Shown here in pieces: positions 41,781 through 51,075 of a stretch of 64,000 nucleotides of DNA (position 1 is the first letter of the stretch; each line of letters opens with the position of its first letter). The stretch spans positions 24,627-88,626 of IMG/VR virus record IMGVR_UViG_3300025035_000013, one strand, 5' to 3'. Source of the stretch: a virus. A program made the translations under genes and the position numbers. The notes below the pieces were generated by a model that was given only the letters and a program-made list of their open reading frames with translations, was not told the origin of the DNA and ran no database searches.

Positions 41781-43049
41781 TTATTTAATTTCTTCAAATT
41801 TAGACGTGATATCTTTATCAAATCTAATATCAACAAACCTAGGCAAAAACAGACTATATTGTTTAGTATTCTTATCAGTGATTAGTTGATTATAAAGAAT
41901 CTCCATAATTTCACCAATATATTTCTTATCAAAAAACATCCTCCGCTGGTCATCTGAAAATCCAGAACCTACATTGCCTTTGATGAGTCCGTCATCAGTA
42001 GAATATTCAAATGCGCCGAGCATCCCGGCATATTTACCCGTGCCTTCGATTATCTCAGTAATTCGCACTTCAATACTCTCTACCGCCTTCATTTTACCAA
42101 TCCCCTTTACTCGTTTTGGTTCCCATGTCTGTTTGATGTTCTTCATCATGGCGCCCTCGTGCCCGTGTGAAATACATTCCTCAAACATTTTTTGCGCTTC
42201 TTCAGGAGAATTTATGCTGCGGGTCTCAGCAAGTATAATCATATTGTGATTTAGCGCTTTCGACATTGCCTCGGTGAGAGTTTGCAATCTCACATCATAA
42301 GGAATTTTGCTAGTAACATCAACAATGTCCCATGCCACCATACGGATACTATCTGCCTCTTCTTTAGTAATTGTTCCCTTATTGGCTTTGCTGATTATAC
42401 CATTCCCGGTCTTTCTATCAATAATCTTGCCATCTCGCACGATGAGCAATTCACCATCAATCGTAACGCACTCAGCACCAAATGCACTTTGCATCTGGGA
42501 ATCAAATACTCCTAGTGTCTGAATTTCCTTGCCATTTCTGGACCAAGCTGATGCTTTTGTGCCATCCCAAATTAAATGACATCTTGCACCATCGAATTTA
42601 ATTTGCCCAATACAAGGGTATTTGATTCCAGAAATATCTTTGTGCGCTAACATCACATCGAATACAGGCACGATGCCAGGCCACACTCGCGCGGCTAGTG
42701 TATCACTTGTTCCACATCGAAGGTCCCGTTGAATTACTCGCTCCAATACAATTGCAGAGGCAGGAGACAGCCTGGAAAGTATATTTGAAAGATATTGAAT
42801 TGCTTGATTGCCAGTATATTTTCTAGTAGAGAAAACCGTCAATTCATCGATTGCTTTATCTAAACTGATTTTGGTGACATACTCGGTGTATTCAGGAATT
42901 TTTTTAATGCCGTATGTGAGTGTTTTATCATACGCTGCTTGAAATACTCGCTTCAGTACCTTATTATCTTTCTCTCGTTCTAAAATTTTAACTTTATCAT
43001 TCGTTGAAGGAGTAGATGTCAGTTCATTCAAAATATCAAGAATACTCAT
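41781..43049 (-). CDS. gp30: ATP-dependent DNA ligase (T4 gp30)
   Basis: KFDGAR, DGEL, WD, EG-M-K, K-K, VGSGFSD, LFLPRF. Confidence 0.93.
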   Translation of the reverse strand: MSILDILNELTSTPSTNDKVKILEREKDNKVLKRVFQAAYDKTLTYGIKKIPEYTEYVTKISLDKAIDELTVFSTRKYTGNQAIQYLSNILSRLSPASAIVLERVIQRDLRCGTSDTLAARVWPGIVPVFDVMLAHKDISGIKYPCIGQIKFDGARCHLIWDGTKASAWSRNGKEIQTLGVFDSQMQSAFGAECVTIDGELLIVRDGKIIDRKTGNGIISKANKGTITKEEADSIRMVAWDIVDVTSKIPYDVRLQTLTEAMSKALNHNMIILAETRSINSPEEAQKMFEECISHGHEGAMMKNIKQTWEPKRVKGIGKMKAVESIEVRITEIIEGTGKYAGMLGAFEYSTDDGLIKGNVGSGFSDDQRRMFFDKKYIGEIMEILYNQLITDKNTKQYSLFLPRFVDIRFDKDITSKFEEIK

Positions 43050-43089
43050 TTTAAGCCCTTTTCCATCATCTAGATGTATGATACATCAA

Positions 43090-43464
43090 TCACTTAACAA
43101 TCTTTACTTTACATCCAAGTAACTTTTCGATGTCAGCAACAGACAATTCCTTTACAGTATTCATCTTTGCATTGAACTCTGCTTCGGTGTATTCTACACC
43201 ATTCAACAACCAATAGTTGTCTCCATTAACATATTCCACAGCAGGGCCGTCTTCACGATGGCGCTTACCGTTCAGAAACCAGAATTTGTCTCCATTAGCA
43301 AATTCAATCGCCGGGCCGTCTTCGCGGTGATTTTTACCGTTCATACACCAGTATTTGTCTCCATTAGCAAATTCAATCGCCGGCCCGTCTTCGCGGTGAT
43401 GTTTACCGTTCAGGTACCAATAAATGTCGCCATTTTCATGAACCTTGACTTCGTATGTTTTCAT
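43090..43464 (-). CDS. HREDGPA repeat protein, copy I (3 repeats plus tail)
   Basis: MKTYEV start at 43464 behind a promoter cassette. Confidence 0.85.
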   Translation of the reverse strand: MKTYEVKVHENGDIYWYLNGKHHREDGPAIEFANGDKYWCMNGKNHREDGPAIEFANGDKFWFLNGKRHREDGPAVEYVNGDNYWLLNGVEYTEAEFNAKMNTVKELSVADIEKLLGCKVKIVK

Positions 43465-43520
43465 TTTCTTCACCATGTTGTTTAATTGATGTATATCACG
43501 ACTCAATTAAATGTCAAATG
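43465..43520 (-). promoter_or_regulatory. repeated early promoter cassette (variant -10 and RBS)
   Basis: TTGACA 43517-43512; same family with a small deletion. Confidence 0.7.
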
Positions 43521-43534
43521 ACCAAATGAATCAA

Positions 43535-43840
43535 TCACTTAACAACCTTCACTTTAAAACCGAGTAGTTTTTCGATGTCAGCAACAGATAATTCCTTCGC
43601 AGGATGCATCTTTGCATTGAATTCTGCTTCGGTGTATTCTACCCCATTCAGATACCAGTAGTTGTCTCCATTAGCATATTCCACAGCAGGACCGTCTTCA
43701 CGGTGAAGTTTACCAGCTTTGAACCAGACTTTGTCTCCATTAGCATATTCAATCGTTGAGCCGTCTTCGCGGTTCCGCTTGCCGTTCAGATACCAGAATT
43801 TGTTTCCATTAGCATGAACCTCGACTTCGTATGTTTTCAT
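43535..43840 (-). CDS. HREDGPA repeat protein, copy J (2 repeats plus tail)
   Basis: Repeat units visible. Confidence 0.85.
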   Translation of the reverse strand: MKTYEVEVHANGNKFWYLNGKRNREDGSTIEYANGDKVWFKAGKLHREDGPAVEYANGDNYWYLNGVEYTEAEFNAKMHPAKELSVADIEKLLGFKVKVVK

Positions 43841-43904
43841 TTTGTTTCTCCGTGTTGTTTAATTGATGTATACATTATACCACGACTCAATTAAATGTCA
43901 AATG
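43841..43904 (-). promoter_or_regulatory. repeated early promoter-RBS cassette
   Basis: TTGACA 43901-43896, TATAAT, GGAG; matches the 9947 copy. Confidence 0.85.
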
Positions 43905-43975
43905 CCGAAATAAATCAATTACTTAACAATCTTCACTTTAAACCCAAGTAACTTTTCGATGTCAGCAACAGACAA

Positions 43976-44149
43976 TTACTTTTCAGTCTTCATCTTTGCA
44001 TTGAATTCTGCTTCGGTGTATTCTACATCATCCAGATACCAATATTTGGTTCCGAGAACAGATTCAATCGCAGGACCGTCTTCACGGTGAAGTTGGCCGT
44101 TCAGAAACCAGTATGTGTCTCCGGCATTTTCAACTTCAAGTTCTTTCAT
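43976..44149 (-). CDS. HREDGPA repeat protein, copy K (1 repeat, tail cut off by TAA)
   Basis: MKELEV start at 44149; the in-frame tail continues after the stop to 43919. Confidence 0.75.
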   Translation of the reverse strand: MKELEVENAGDTYWFLNGQLHREDGPAIESVLGTKYWYLDDVEYTEAEFNAKMKTEK

Positions 44150-44166
44150 TTTCTTCTCCATGTTGT

Positions 44167-44730
44167 TCAAGTGTTCAATAATGAAATTTTATCGCATATT
44201 TTATAATTCAGTGCTTCCTCTGCCGATAGATACATGTCTTCCGATGGCAAGAGGTATTTTTTGATATTAGTTATCGATAACTTTGTATATTTTTTGTAGT
44301 GATTCAACATTCTAGAATACGTCAGTTCGTATTCTTTGTTGATTGCAATAAGTTCATTATGCTTTCCTTCTGCGCACCACGAATACTGGTGACTCATGAT
44401 AGAAGTATTTGGGGTTAGAATTCTGTGTCCTTTTTCTCCCGCTAAAAAAACCATTAATCCAGCGCTCTGTACACACCCAAGTCCTATCGTCCTAACGGGA
44501 ATTCTTGAACTTTCCATAATGTCAATAATCGCATATGCATCCAATAATGACCCGCCCGGGCTATTGATAATTAAATTAAGAAAATCCGGTTGGGGATTAT
44601 TTACGTAATTATTATGTAATATCCATTCGCACACTCTACTGGCAGAATCATTATCAATGTTCTCGAAGAGTAAATAAATATTGGCGATTTGTGGTTCATA
44701 ACGGTTGTCATCTTCTTTATCTTTTTTCAT
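44167..44730 (-). CDS. clpP: ClpP-like protease proteolytic subunit
   Basis: INSPGGS, G---SAG (Ser), MSHQ (His), D-YLSAEEA (Asp). Confidence 0.9.
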   Translation of the reverse strand: MKKDKEDDNRYEPQIANIYLLFENIDNDSASRVCEWILHNNYVNNPQPDFLNLIINSPGGSLLDAYAIIDIMESSRIPVRTIGLGCVQSAGLMVFLAGEKGHRILTPNTSIMSHQYSWCAEGKHNELIAINKEYELTYSRMLNHYKKYTKLSITNIKKYLLPSEDMYLSAEEALNYKICDKISLLNT

Positions 44731-45385
44731 TTTTTGTAGGAAATTCCTTTAGTTTATTTACCAAAACATTCAACCAATTTTTTCTACTTTCCTCAAATAC
44801 TAATACTTTATTTTCATTATCGACCGCCATTAAAATAACCATTTTATCGATTTTTAAACCATACATTTCCTGAATCATTATGCTATAAATGGAAGTCTGT
44901 AAAAAATAGCTACTTATGTCTTCTTTTGATTTTCTATTTTTTGATGTTTTAAAATCTATGAGAGCTATTACCCCATCATAATTAGCGACACAATCTACTG
45001 TTCCTGCAAGTTTCATTACATCTGAATAAAGTGGGTATTCCAGTGCGTGAATATCAGTAATATGTGAATCTGCTATAATAGCCAGTGGTTTGAACAATAT
45101 CCCATCCAGCATAGAAAGCTTTTCTACTTTTTCATTTTTTAGATAATGTTCTATGTTCTCATGTAGTCTAGTACCTCTTTTTGAGGCTCTTTCTAAAGTT
45201 TTTTTAGCTACATCTTCGCCTACATTCTTTTTCCACTCTTCTATCCAAGATTTATCCGATATTCTAGACAACCAAGTAGTAACAGATTCGTATTTGTTTC
45301 CTTCTGGTGTAACATATAATCTGCCGGTTGGAGAATCGATTCTCTCCAAATTAGCTTTAAGTAATGGAGAGTGAGCGAAAATCAT
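44717..45385 (-). CDS. PD-(D/E)XK exonuclease (Cas4-like T4-type exonuclease)
   Basis: Y-SVTT, RGT-LH--IE-YL, AGTVDC, IDFKTS, Y-LQ---Y. Confidence 0.85.
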   Translation of the reverse strand: MIFAHSPLLKANLERIDSPTGRLYVTPEGNKYESVTTWLSRISDKSWIEEWKKNVGEDVAKKTLERASKRGTRLHENIEHYLKNEKVEKLSMLDGILFKPLAIIADSHITDIHALEYPLYSDVMKLAGTVDCVANYDGVIALIDFKTSKNRKSKEDISSYFLQTSIYSIMIQEMYGLKIDKMVILMAVDNENKVLVFEESRKNWLNVLVNKLKEFPTKNEKR

Positions 45386-45672
45386 CCTTTGACATCCACT
45401 ATCGTCGAGGATGTATTGAGTTGAGAGCCAGGGGTGTCTCTATGAATTTGATTTAGTTTTTCTTGAAATTTAGACCCATTTAAACTATTCTTTGTAGCCT
45501 TAGATATTCCAATTGAGAGTGTTATACTTGGGGCAGTTAATCTTTGATAGATACAATTTACATCATTACACGATGGGCAAGCTTCGCTCTCTGGTTTTTT
45601 TCTATCTGATATTTTAGAAAATGAATCGAATTCGTGACCACATTTATTGCAGAAATAGGTATATGTTGGCAT
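45382..45672 (-). CDS. FmdB-family zinc-ribbon protein
   Basis: MPTY-Y-C--CG...CP-C. Confidence 0.8.
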   Translation of the reverse strand: MPTYTYFCNKCGHEFDSFSKISDRKKPESEACPSCNDVNCIYQRLTAPSITLSIGISKATKNSLNGSKFQEKLNQIHRDTPGSQLNTSSTIVDVKG

Positions 45673-45744
45673 TAAGTTAGTCTCTCTACATGTATTTTAT
45701 TTAGTGCACGCCGCCGGAACATCTCCTTTAGGTGGAGGAGGTTA

Positions 45745-46206
45745 TCAAGCTTTCACATAGTTAGGAAACACCTTTGAAACTAATTCAGCCGTTACAGATG
45801 GATACAATTCTGTCAGCGCTTTATCTTTTGCAGAGCAAAGAATCTCAGCATCCTTCAATGGGCAATTAATAAGAACCTCATAGAAAATCTGTTCCTTTTT
45901 GAACTTCTTTAAATCGCTGTCTACTGTACAGTGTTTCAATCTTGCAATTGTTGAGCCAAGTTGGCCCATAAAATCTGGATGAGTTAGCATATCCAGCTTT
46001 TTTGCATCTATTGGTGGCATACCTTCCGGCAAATCTAATTTAACGCTATTGTTGAAATTTAATGAGAGAATAAAATTCAAAGGGGGTCGGCTTCCATATT
46101 CTTTGATGAGTTTCAATTTCAGTGGTTCGTCTTTCTCTTTTTCAATTGTATCCAATTGTTCATAACAATGAATTGGTTTTACTATTCTGCCGTTGATTAC
46201 AGTCAT
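45745..46206 (-). CDS. conserved T4-like hypothetical protein
   Basis: F------LPEG-PP...K-EQ-F---L......DA-IL---KDK-L--LYP. Confidence 0.75.
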   Translation of the reverse strand: MTVINGRIVKPIHCYEQLDTIEKEKDEPLKLKLIKEYGSRPPLNFILSLNFNNSVKLDLPEGMPPIDAKKLDMLTHPDFMGQLGSTIARLKHCTVDSDLKKFKKEQIFYEVLINCPLKDAEILCSAKDKALTELYPSVTAELVSKVFPNYVKA

Positions 46207-46220
46207 TTGTTTCTCCTTTG

Positions 46221-47114
46221 TTAAAAATCAGATGCTGAATTCAGCAACAATTTCATTCTGTGTGCATTAAGATAATTGAATACCTTGGCTTTGTTGCCGA
46301 GGATTTTATAATTCATATATTCAGATATAATATTATTATATATCTGGTTTGGAATAAAATCAAAATCTATCAACTTTTCATTCCTGCGAAAATTGCGCTG
46401 TTCCTCTTCATTCAAGCATGCATCATATCCTTTGTCATAAAATTCTTTGAATCTCGCTGTTTTAAATGGTTTTGCTCTGGTAGCTACATTATCTGCTCTA
46501 TCTCTAGCCCAATTGTCTCCATTTACAATTGACGGTATATTATCCCCTGCATCGCCAATACATATATGTTCTATGAGGAATTGTTTTGGATTCTTACATA
46601 CCAAATGTTTTTTCATTACATTATTCCACTGCGACACATTTCTATATGCCTGCAATTGTTGAAAATCGTGGTCAGTAGAAGAAATTATAATAGCATCTGG
46701 CTCATCGATTAATCCAGTATTTACTAATTCGTTTTCGTCGAAATATTTGACGAGACATGCGATTATATCATCTGCTTCTGCGGTATCAATTTTAAGCACA
46801 ATATATTGAAAATTTTCTTTAAGTTCCTCAATGAGTTCATTTAATGTTTCAAATACTATTTCCCAATCTAACCCAGTAGCAGCCCTATTATGTTTTCTAT
46901 GACCTTTATACCACTGAAATTCTGTCTTTCTCCAATAGTTTCTACCATCACAACAAAGAATTACTTTACCATTGAAGCGTCTTTTTAATGCTAACAATTG
47001 ATTCAATGCAATATGTTTAATTAGATTCTTTTCATCACCTTCCTTAAATTCTTTAGCATTAGCAGCAACAGAAGATATAACCATTTGACTAAAGTCACAC
47101 AGGACAATGCTCAT
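46221..47114 (-). CDS. rnh: RNase H / 5'-3' exonuclease (T4 rnh)
   Basis: D-SQ, CCD---YWR----YKG-R, EADDII, S-D-DF-QL, GD-GDNIP. Confidence 0.92.
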   Translation of the reverse strand: MSIVLCDFSQMVISSVAANAKEFKEGDEKNLIKHIALNQLLALKRRFNGKVILCCDGRNYWRKTEFQWYKGHRKHNRAATGLDWEIVFETLNELIEELKENFQYIVLKIDTAEADDIIACLVKYFDENELVNTGLIDEPDAIIISSTDHDFQQLQAYRNVSQWNNVMKKHLVCKNPKQFLIEHICIGDAGDNIPSIVNGDNWARDRADNVATRAKPFKTARFKEFYDKGYDACLNEEEQRNFRRNEKLIDFDFIPNQIYNNIISEYMNYKILGNKAKVFNYLNAHRMKLLLNSASDF

Positions 47115-47380
47115 TTGAATCTTTCTTTGAATGCAGTCAAGACCGCATCAGCAAGTTTAGTACAAGCTGCAACATCTCCTTCATGCTTCACATCTCTAGT
47201 ATGCAGCGCTGCGATAAGTCCTTTCACCCATACTTCTGAATCGATTGACAAGCCCGCAGCAGTAGTTACATCAGTCTTATTTTCACTTTTCTTTGTTGTA
47301 TCTTTTTTATTTAATGAATTTAGCCGTCTAGCTTCTCTAGCTCTCATTAATGCTAATATTTGCTTTTCTGTAGCTGCCAT
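47111..47380 (-). CDS. small hypothetical protein
   Basis: Intact ORF with GGAG RBS. Confidence 0.65.
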   Translation of the reverse strand: MAATEKQILALMRAREARRLNSLNKKDTTKKSENKTDVTTAAGLSIDSEVWVKGLIAALHTRDVKHEGDVAACTKLADAVLTAFKERFK

Positions 47381-47463
47381 GTCAATTCTCCTTGTAGTTA
47401 TTTCTTGCCTTTGATTTTTATTGTTTTCCTTGGTGTGCCGTTTTCAGTAAAGAAACCGCGGCA

Positions 47464-48555
47464 TCATATACATTTGACAATTATTGTGTCTTCATTCAAC
47501 CTGCCTACTGCCTTAGATTCTGTTCCTCTGATGTCATTATAAAGTTTATTCAATGGTCGACTACTCAAAGATTGTATACCATTTAATGTTACTTCAGGCT
47601 TTCTAATAATCTTGCCACCAGATTTTTCTGTATTGACATTTAAAATCGTGGTGCCTTTAACCGTTAATTTCATCCCATTGAGCGAAACATATTTAAATAA
47701 ACGCCGATTTTTTGCATTATATAACCAAACTTCGGTGCTATTGACTATCTTACTTGGGTGCTCTGATTTTAGTTTAGATGTCGCATCAGATATTAACCAT
47801 TTTGCCTTTTTTACTAATTCGCCGGGAGGTTTAATTTTAGTAGTTTTTGGTTTTTTTGATGCTTTTACTATCGCGGTTGCAACATCACATGCAGTTGACA
47901 ACGACTGGATATATTCATAATATTTAATTAATTTGCGTTTTGTTAAAAATGAATATGCTTCTATCAACTGTGCATCTTTTCCATTTATTGCTTCTTTGAT
48001 TTCTTTTAATATTGGTTTGATATGGTCTGCTATATGTTTGCTAGTACCTGGTTTAATATTATTGCGGATGAGATAACTCTTAGCATCGAATGTTTTGCCA
48101 TCCAGATATGAATCAATAGCAATATCAAATTCTGTTATATGTTTACTAAATACCGCAGCTTCTTGCACTTGTTTCCGCCTATTTTTTTCTGAAATAATTT
48201 CCTCTAATTGTTCCTCTTTCCCGGCAGGCTTTGAAGAAAATTCAATATATTTTTTATCGAGATAAGATACGTCTTTTGCTTCCAGCGGCAATTCTCTCAC
48301 ATATATCATGTGAGCCACTGCCCCCGAGGTAGAGAAATAAGAATCTGGTATCTTCGATACTGACGAAATGTCTTTTTTTAGACTTTTCCAATAGTCAAGA
48401 GTCCATTGTTTTTTCTTTTTATTATCATCCACCTCTGACGTATAATAAAACAGATTTGAACGAAGCGAAATATCGTAATCCATTATATTAAATTCAGGAT
48501 ACTTTTCCTTAGATTTAAGAATTTCTCTACCTTTAGCTGAAGCAGTTCTAGCCAT
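47464..48555 (-). CDS. conserved T4-like hypothetical protein
   Basis: P-KIV---EVWLYN-K-R-L--Y...VKGTT...K--RKP...GR-NED C-terminal domain. Confidence 0.75.
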   Translation of the reverse strand: MARTASAKGREILKSKEKYPEFNIMDYDISLRSNLFYYTSEVDDNKKKKQWTLDYWKSLKKDISSVSKIPDSYFSTSGAVAHMIYVRELPLEAKDVSYLDKKYIEFSSKPAGKEEQLEEIISEKNRRKQVQEAAVFSKHITEFDIAIDSYLDGKTFDAKSYLIRNNIKPGTSKHIADHIKPILKEIKEAINGKDAQLIEAYSFLTKRKLIKYYEYIQSLSTACDVATAIVKASKKPKTTKIKPPGELVKKAKWLISDATSKLKSEHPSKIVNSTEVWLYNAKNRRLFKYVSLNGMKLTVKGTTILNVNTEKSGGKIIRKPEVTLNGIQSLSSRPLNKLYNDIRGTESKAVGRLNEDTIIVKCI

Positions 48556-48602
48556 CTTATAATTCCTTATTCTGTAAAATAATTATTAGAATTTCAACCT
48601 AA

Positions 48603-48869
48603 TCATTTTACAATTGCTTCGTACAGTTCTACAAAATCTTCTGATTCTGCCGTCATCTTATCAAAATTTTGCTTGTGATAAGTCATAATCAATTTGCGGA
48701 TATATTTCTTGTTTAATCCTTCGAACTTTTCTGAAAGAGTATCCACGATTGCTTTCACTTGCTCTTTTTCAGATTCAATACGTTGCAAAGAATCATCTGC
48801 TTCTTTCATTGCATCGAGGATAGTTTCTTGGTCCGCAGGCGATGTTGGGATGATAACGTCTTTTGTCAT
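48603..48869 (-). CDS. dsbA: dsDNA-binding protein (T4 DsbA-like)
   Basis: D-MKE--D---RIE-EK...K--RK----YHKQNF pattern. Confidence 0.7.
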   Translation of the reverse strand: MTKDVIIPTSPADQETILDAMKEADDSLQRIESEKEQVKAIVDTLSEKFEGLNKKYIRKLIMTYHKQNFDKMTAESEDFVELYEAIVK

Positions 48870-48949
48870 TTTATGTCCTTTTTAGTGATAGATAATCATT
48901 TCAATACATTAAACCACGGGTGTCAAAAATTATACAATTTATTCGCAAT

Positions 48950-49120
48950 TCAGGTGCATAAATCGTAATCGTGACTATACATCTCTGCCAAATTGAAAAA
49001 TATTTCAGCTGTTTTTTGATTGCCAGCCTTTTCCTGAATCATCGCGGCATTCAACCAGAATTTGTATGAAGCAGACATTACATCACATTTCTTTGTATAA
49101 CACTTTTCGTCTTTAATCAT
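48950..49120 (-). CDS. 56-aa hypothetical protein (MIKDEKCYTKK...), not in the ORF track
   Basis: Manual translation behind the TTGACA promoter at 49177-49172. Confidence 0.5.
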   Translation of the reverse strand: MIKDEKCYTKKCDVMSASYKFWLNAAMIQEKAGNQKTAEIFFNLAEMYSHDYDLCT

Positions 49121-49199
49121 CTCATTCACCTTTATGATAATTCATAATAATTATAACATATAGTAATTAAATGTCAAATAATGATAAACAATGTCTTAA

Positions 49200-49652
49200 T
49201 CAACATTTCTTCCATTCTATTACCTTATCAAAAATGAATGACCTCCATTCCTGATTATCAATATCAAATACAGGAAGTGAAGTATTCTTTGAATCATCTT
49301 TGCTTGTACCGGAAGTCGATGGTTGGTGTTCTGTTGGAATTAGTGCAAAATTCAAAGTACACTTCATCACACGAATATCACCATTGCGTTTAGTGAATTT
49401 TACTTCTACTACACCTTCCTGTAAATTGGTTTTAAGTAAAGCGGTATTGTTTTCCATAATTATCTCCTTTAAACTTTCAGTTGAATACGATTTAGTTTGT
49501 TTTACAGTTAATTCTTTTGTTTCTTCTGTATATACAGAATGCTTTTTATTGACTTTGTACTTAGGATGCAACAGCCAATTTTCGCCCAGATATTCGATTG
49601 CTTTCTTTCGTTTTTCTGCATATACATCTTCTATTATTCGGGTATCATCCAT
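49200..49652 (-). CDS. SH3/WYL-like small protein (T4-type conserved)
   Basis: V-V-FTK-NG--R-M-CTL...VFD-D--EWRSF. Confidence 0.7.
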   Translation of the reverse strand: MDDTRIIEDVYAEKRKKAIEYLGENWLLHPKYKVNKKHSVYTEETKELTVKQTKSYSTESLKEIIMENNTALLKTNLQEGVVEVKFTKRNGDIRVMKCTLNFALIPTEHQPSTSGTSKDDSKNTSLPVFDIDNQEWRSFIFDKVIEWKKC

Positions 49653-49685
49653 ACAATATTCCTTTCAGTGTACTGAAAGCAATCA

Positions 49686-49976
49686 TTACATTACTCCACC
49701 ACCAAAATATCGGAGACATGTACAAACATCAGATTGTTCATTAAATAATGCAAAATTATCAATATCGTCATCATTCATAGGAAACTCTTTAGCCATCTTA
49801 TCATCTTCCAAAAAGAATCCCAAATAATCCACTTGATACTTCCAGTCTTGCTGGCAACGAATCCGAAATTCAGTTTCTCTGTTAATTTTTTTGTAAAATT
49901 GCAATTGCTCGGAGAGTATATTGAACTGTTCAAGCCCCTTTTTTGAGTTCAATCTAATTGGGAACATATCAATCAC
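49686..49976 (-). CDS. hypothetical protein
   Basis: Intact ORF. Confidence 0.6.
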   Translation of the reverse strand: MIDMFPIRLNSKKGLEQFNILSEQLQFYKKINRETEFRIRCQQDWKYQVDYLGFFLEDDKMAKEFPMNDDDIDNFALFNEQSDVCTCLRYFGGGVM

Positions 49977-50370
49977 CGCTTTCTAGGATGTATACTAAAA
50001 ATTGCGGTAAAGTGCCGGCAAAGAACACTTTATTAAGATAATCGCTAACTTCAATTCTAATATCACCAGTCAGTTTATCTACAATTACGGTATAATTGTA
50101 TTCTTCTATTTGAGATGTCGTTGACGGTTCAATATAGAATTGCCCAATTTCAGTTTTAAAGTGGGCAATCATCTGCGCGGATAAACATCCTATGCCATTT
50201 GCTGCCATAGCCTTAGTTTCAGAATTGAATCCATTTACTAATATAATACCGCTTAAAAAATCATATAATTCTTTGCCGTGCCCACTAAGATAGCCATCGT
50301 ATTGTCGATACATACATACGTAAACGATGCCGGACTGATCTTGAATTTTTGTGATAGAACGTGTTCCCAT
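49969..50370 (-). CDS. conserved phage hypothetical protein
   Basis: MGTRS...Y---DGY--GHG--L...NG-GCL-AQ---HFK. Confidence 0.75.
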   Translation of the reverse strand: MGTRSITKIQDQSGIVYVCMYRQYDGYLSGHGKELYDFLSGIILVNGFNSETKAMAANGIGCLSAQMIAHFKTEIGQFYIEPSTTSQIEEYNYTVIVDKLTGDIRIEVSDYLNKVFFAGTLPQFLVYILESGD

Positions 50371-50380
50371 TAGTTTCTCC

Positions 50381-50599
50381 TCATGCTCTGATTATACCAA
50401 TTATATTGGCAATTAAAAAATAAAATGTAATAAAATGCACAGATTTAGATGCATCCGAGATATGCAACAAATAAATAGTAGCTATGCTAGAAAGCAAAAA
50501 CAATACAAACCCTACCTCGTTTATTCCAATGTTGAGAGAAATAACAGTAGAACCAGAAACTGCTCCCAACACGGCAACATAGTCAGCTATTACTTTCAT
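50381..50599 (-). CDS. small membrane protein
   Basis: Three hydrophobic segments. Confidence 0.65.
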   Translation of the reverse strand: MKVIADYVAVLGAVSGSTVISLNIGINEVGFVLFLLSSIATIYLLHISDASKSVHFITFYFLIANIIGIIRA

Positions 50600-50895
50600 T
50601 TACCACTTTCTACGACTGAATCGATAATTCGAGTTAAATCTTCGGCATAAACATCAGTAACAGTGTTCATCATTCTACCAACTCGATTTGAAAATACCAA
50701 ATCGTATAAATCTGACCCCTCATTGTAATTTACTTCAACTTTGCCGATTAATTTTTTGCCTTTGACATTGAACTTCAGGCCATTCAAAGTACTTGTTGGT
50801 TTGTTAAAACCCCAACACATCATGAGCACGATTCCCTTATTATACCCATCTGTACCAGATTTGATTTGATTGAGAATTGTCTGTGCTTTATTCAT
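50596..50895 (-). CDS. hypothetical protein
   Basis: Intact ORF behind the TTGACA promoter at 50957-50952. Confidence 0.7.
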   Translation of the reverse strand: MNKAQTILNQIKSGTDGYNKGIVLMMCWGFNKPTSTLNGLKFNVKGKKLIGKVEVNYNEGSDLYDLVFSNRVGRMMNTVTDVYAEDLTRIIDSVVESGK

Positions 50896-51075
50896 GACAT
50901 TTACCTCTTCAAGTTAATCAACATAATCTATTATATAGAATTTTAATTAATTGTCAAATATCATTAAATATCAATGACTTAGTGAACCCATTCTTCAATT
51001 ATTGTGCATCCCTTCTAAATAATCGTCATTGCCATAGATAAATAACAATCAAATGGTACAGGAAATAAATAAATT

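Noticed and set aside
8862-44170. Diversity-generating retroelement behind the repeat variation
   Set aside because: No reverse transcriptase in the window, and variable codons (ttg, ctg, ctt, tgc, cgc) differ at non-adenine positions; a genome-wide RT search would still be worthwhile
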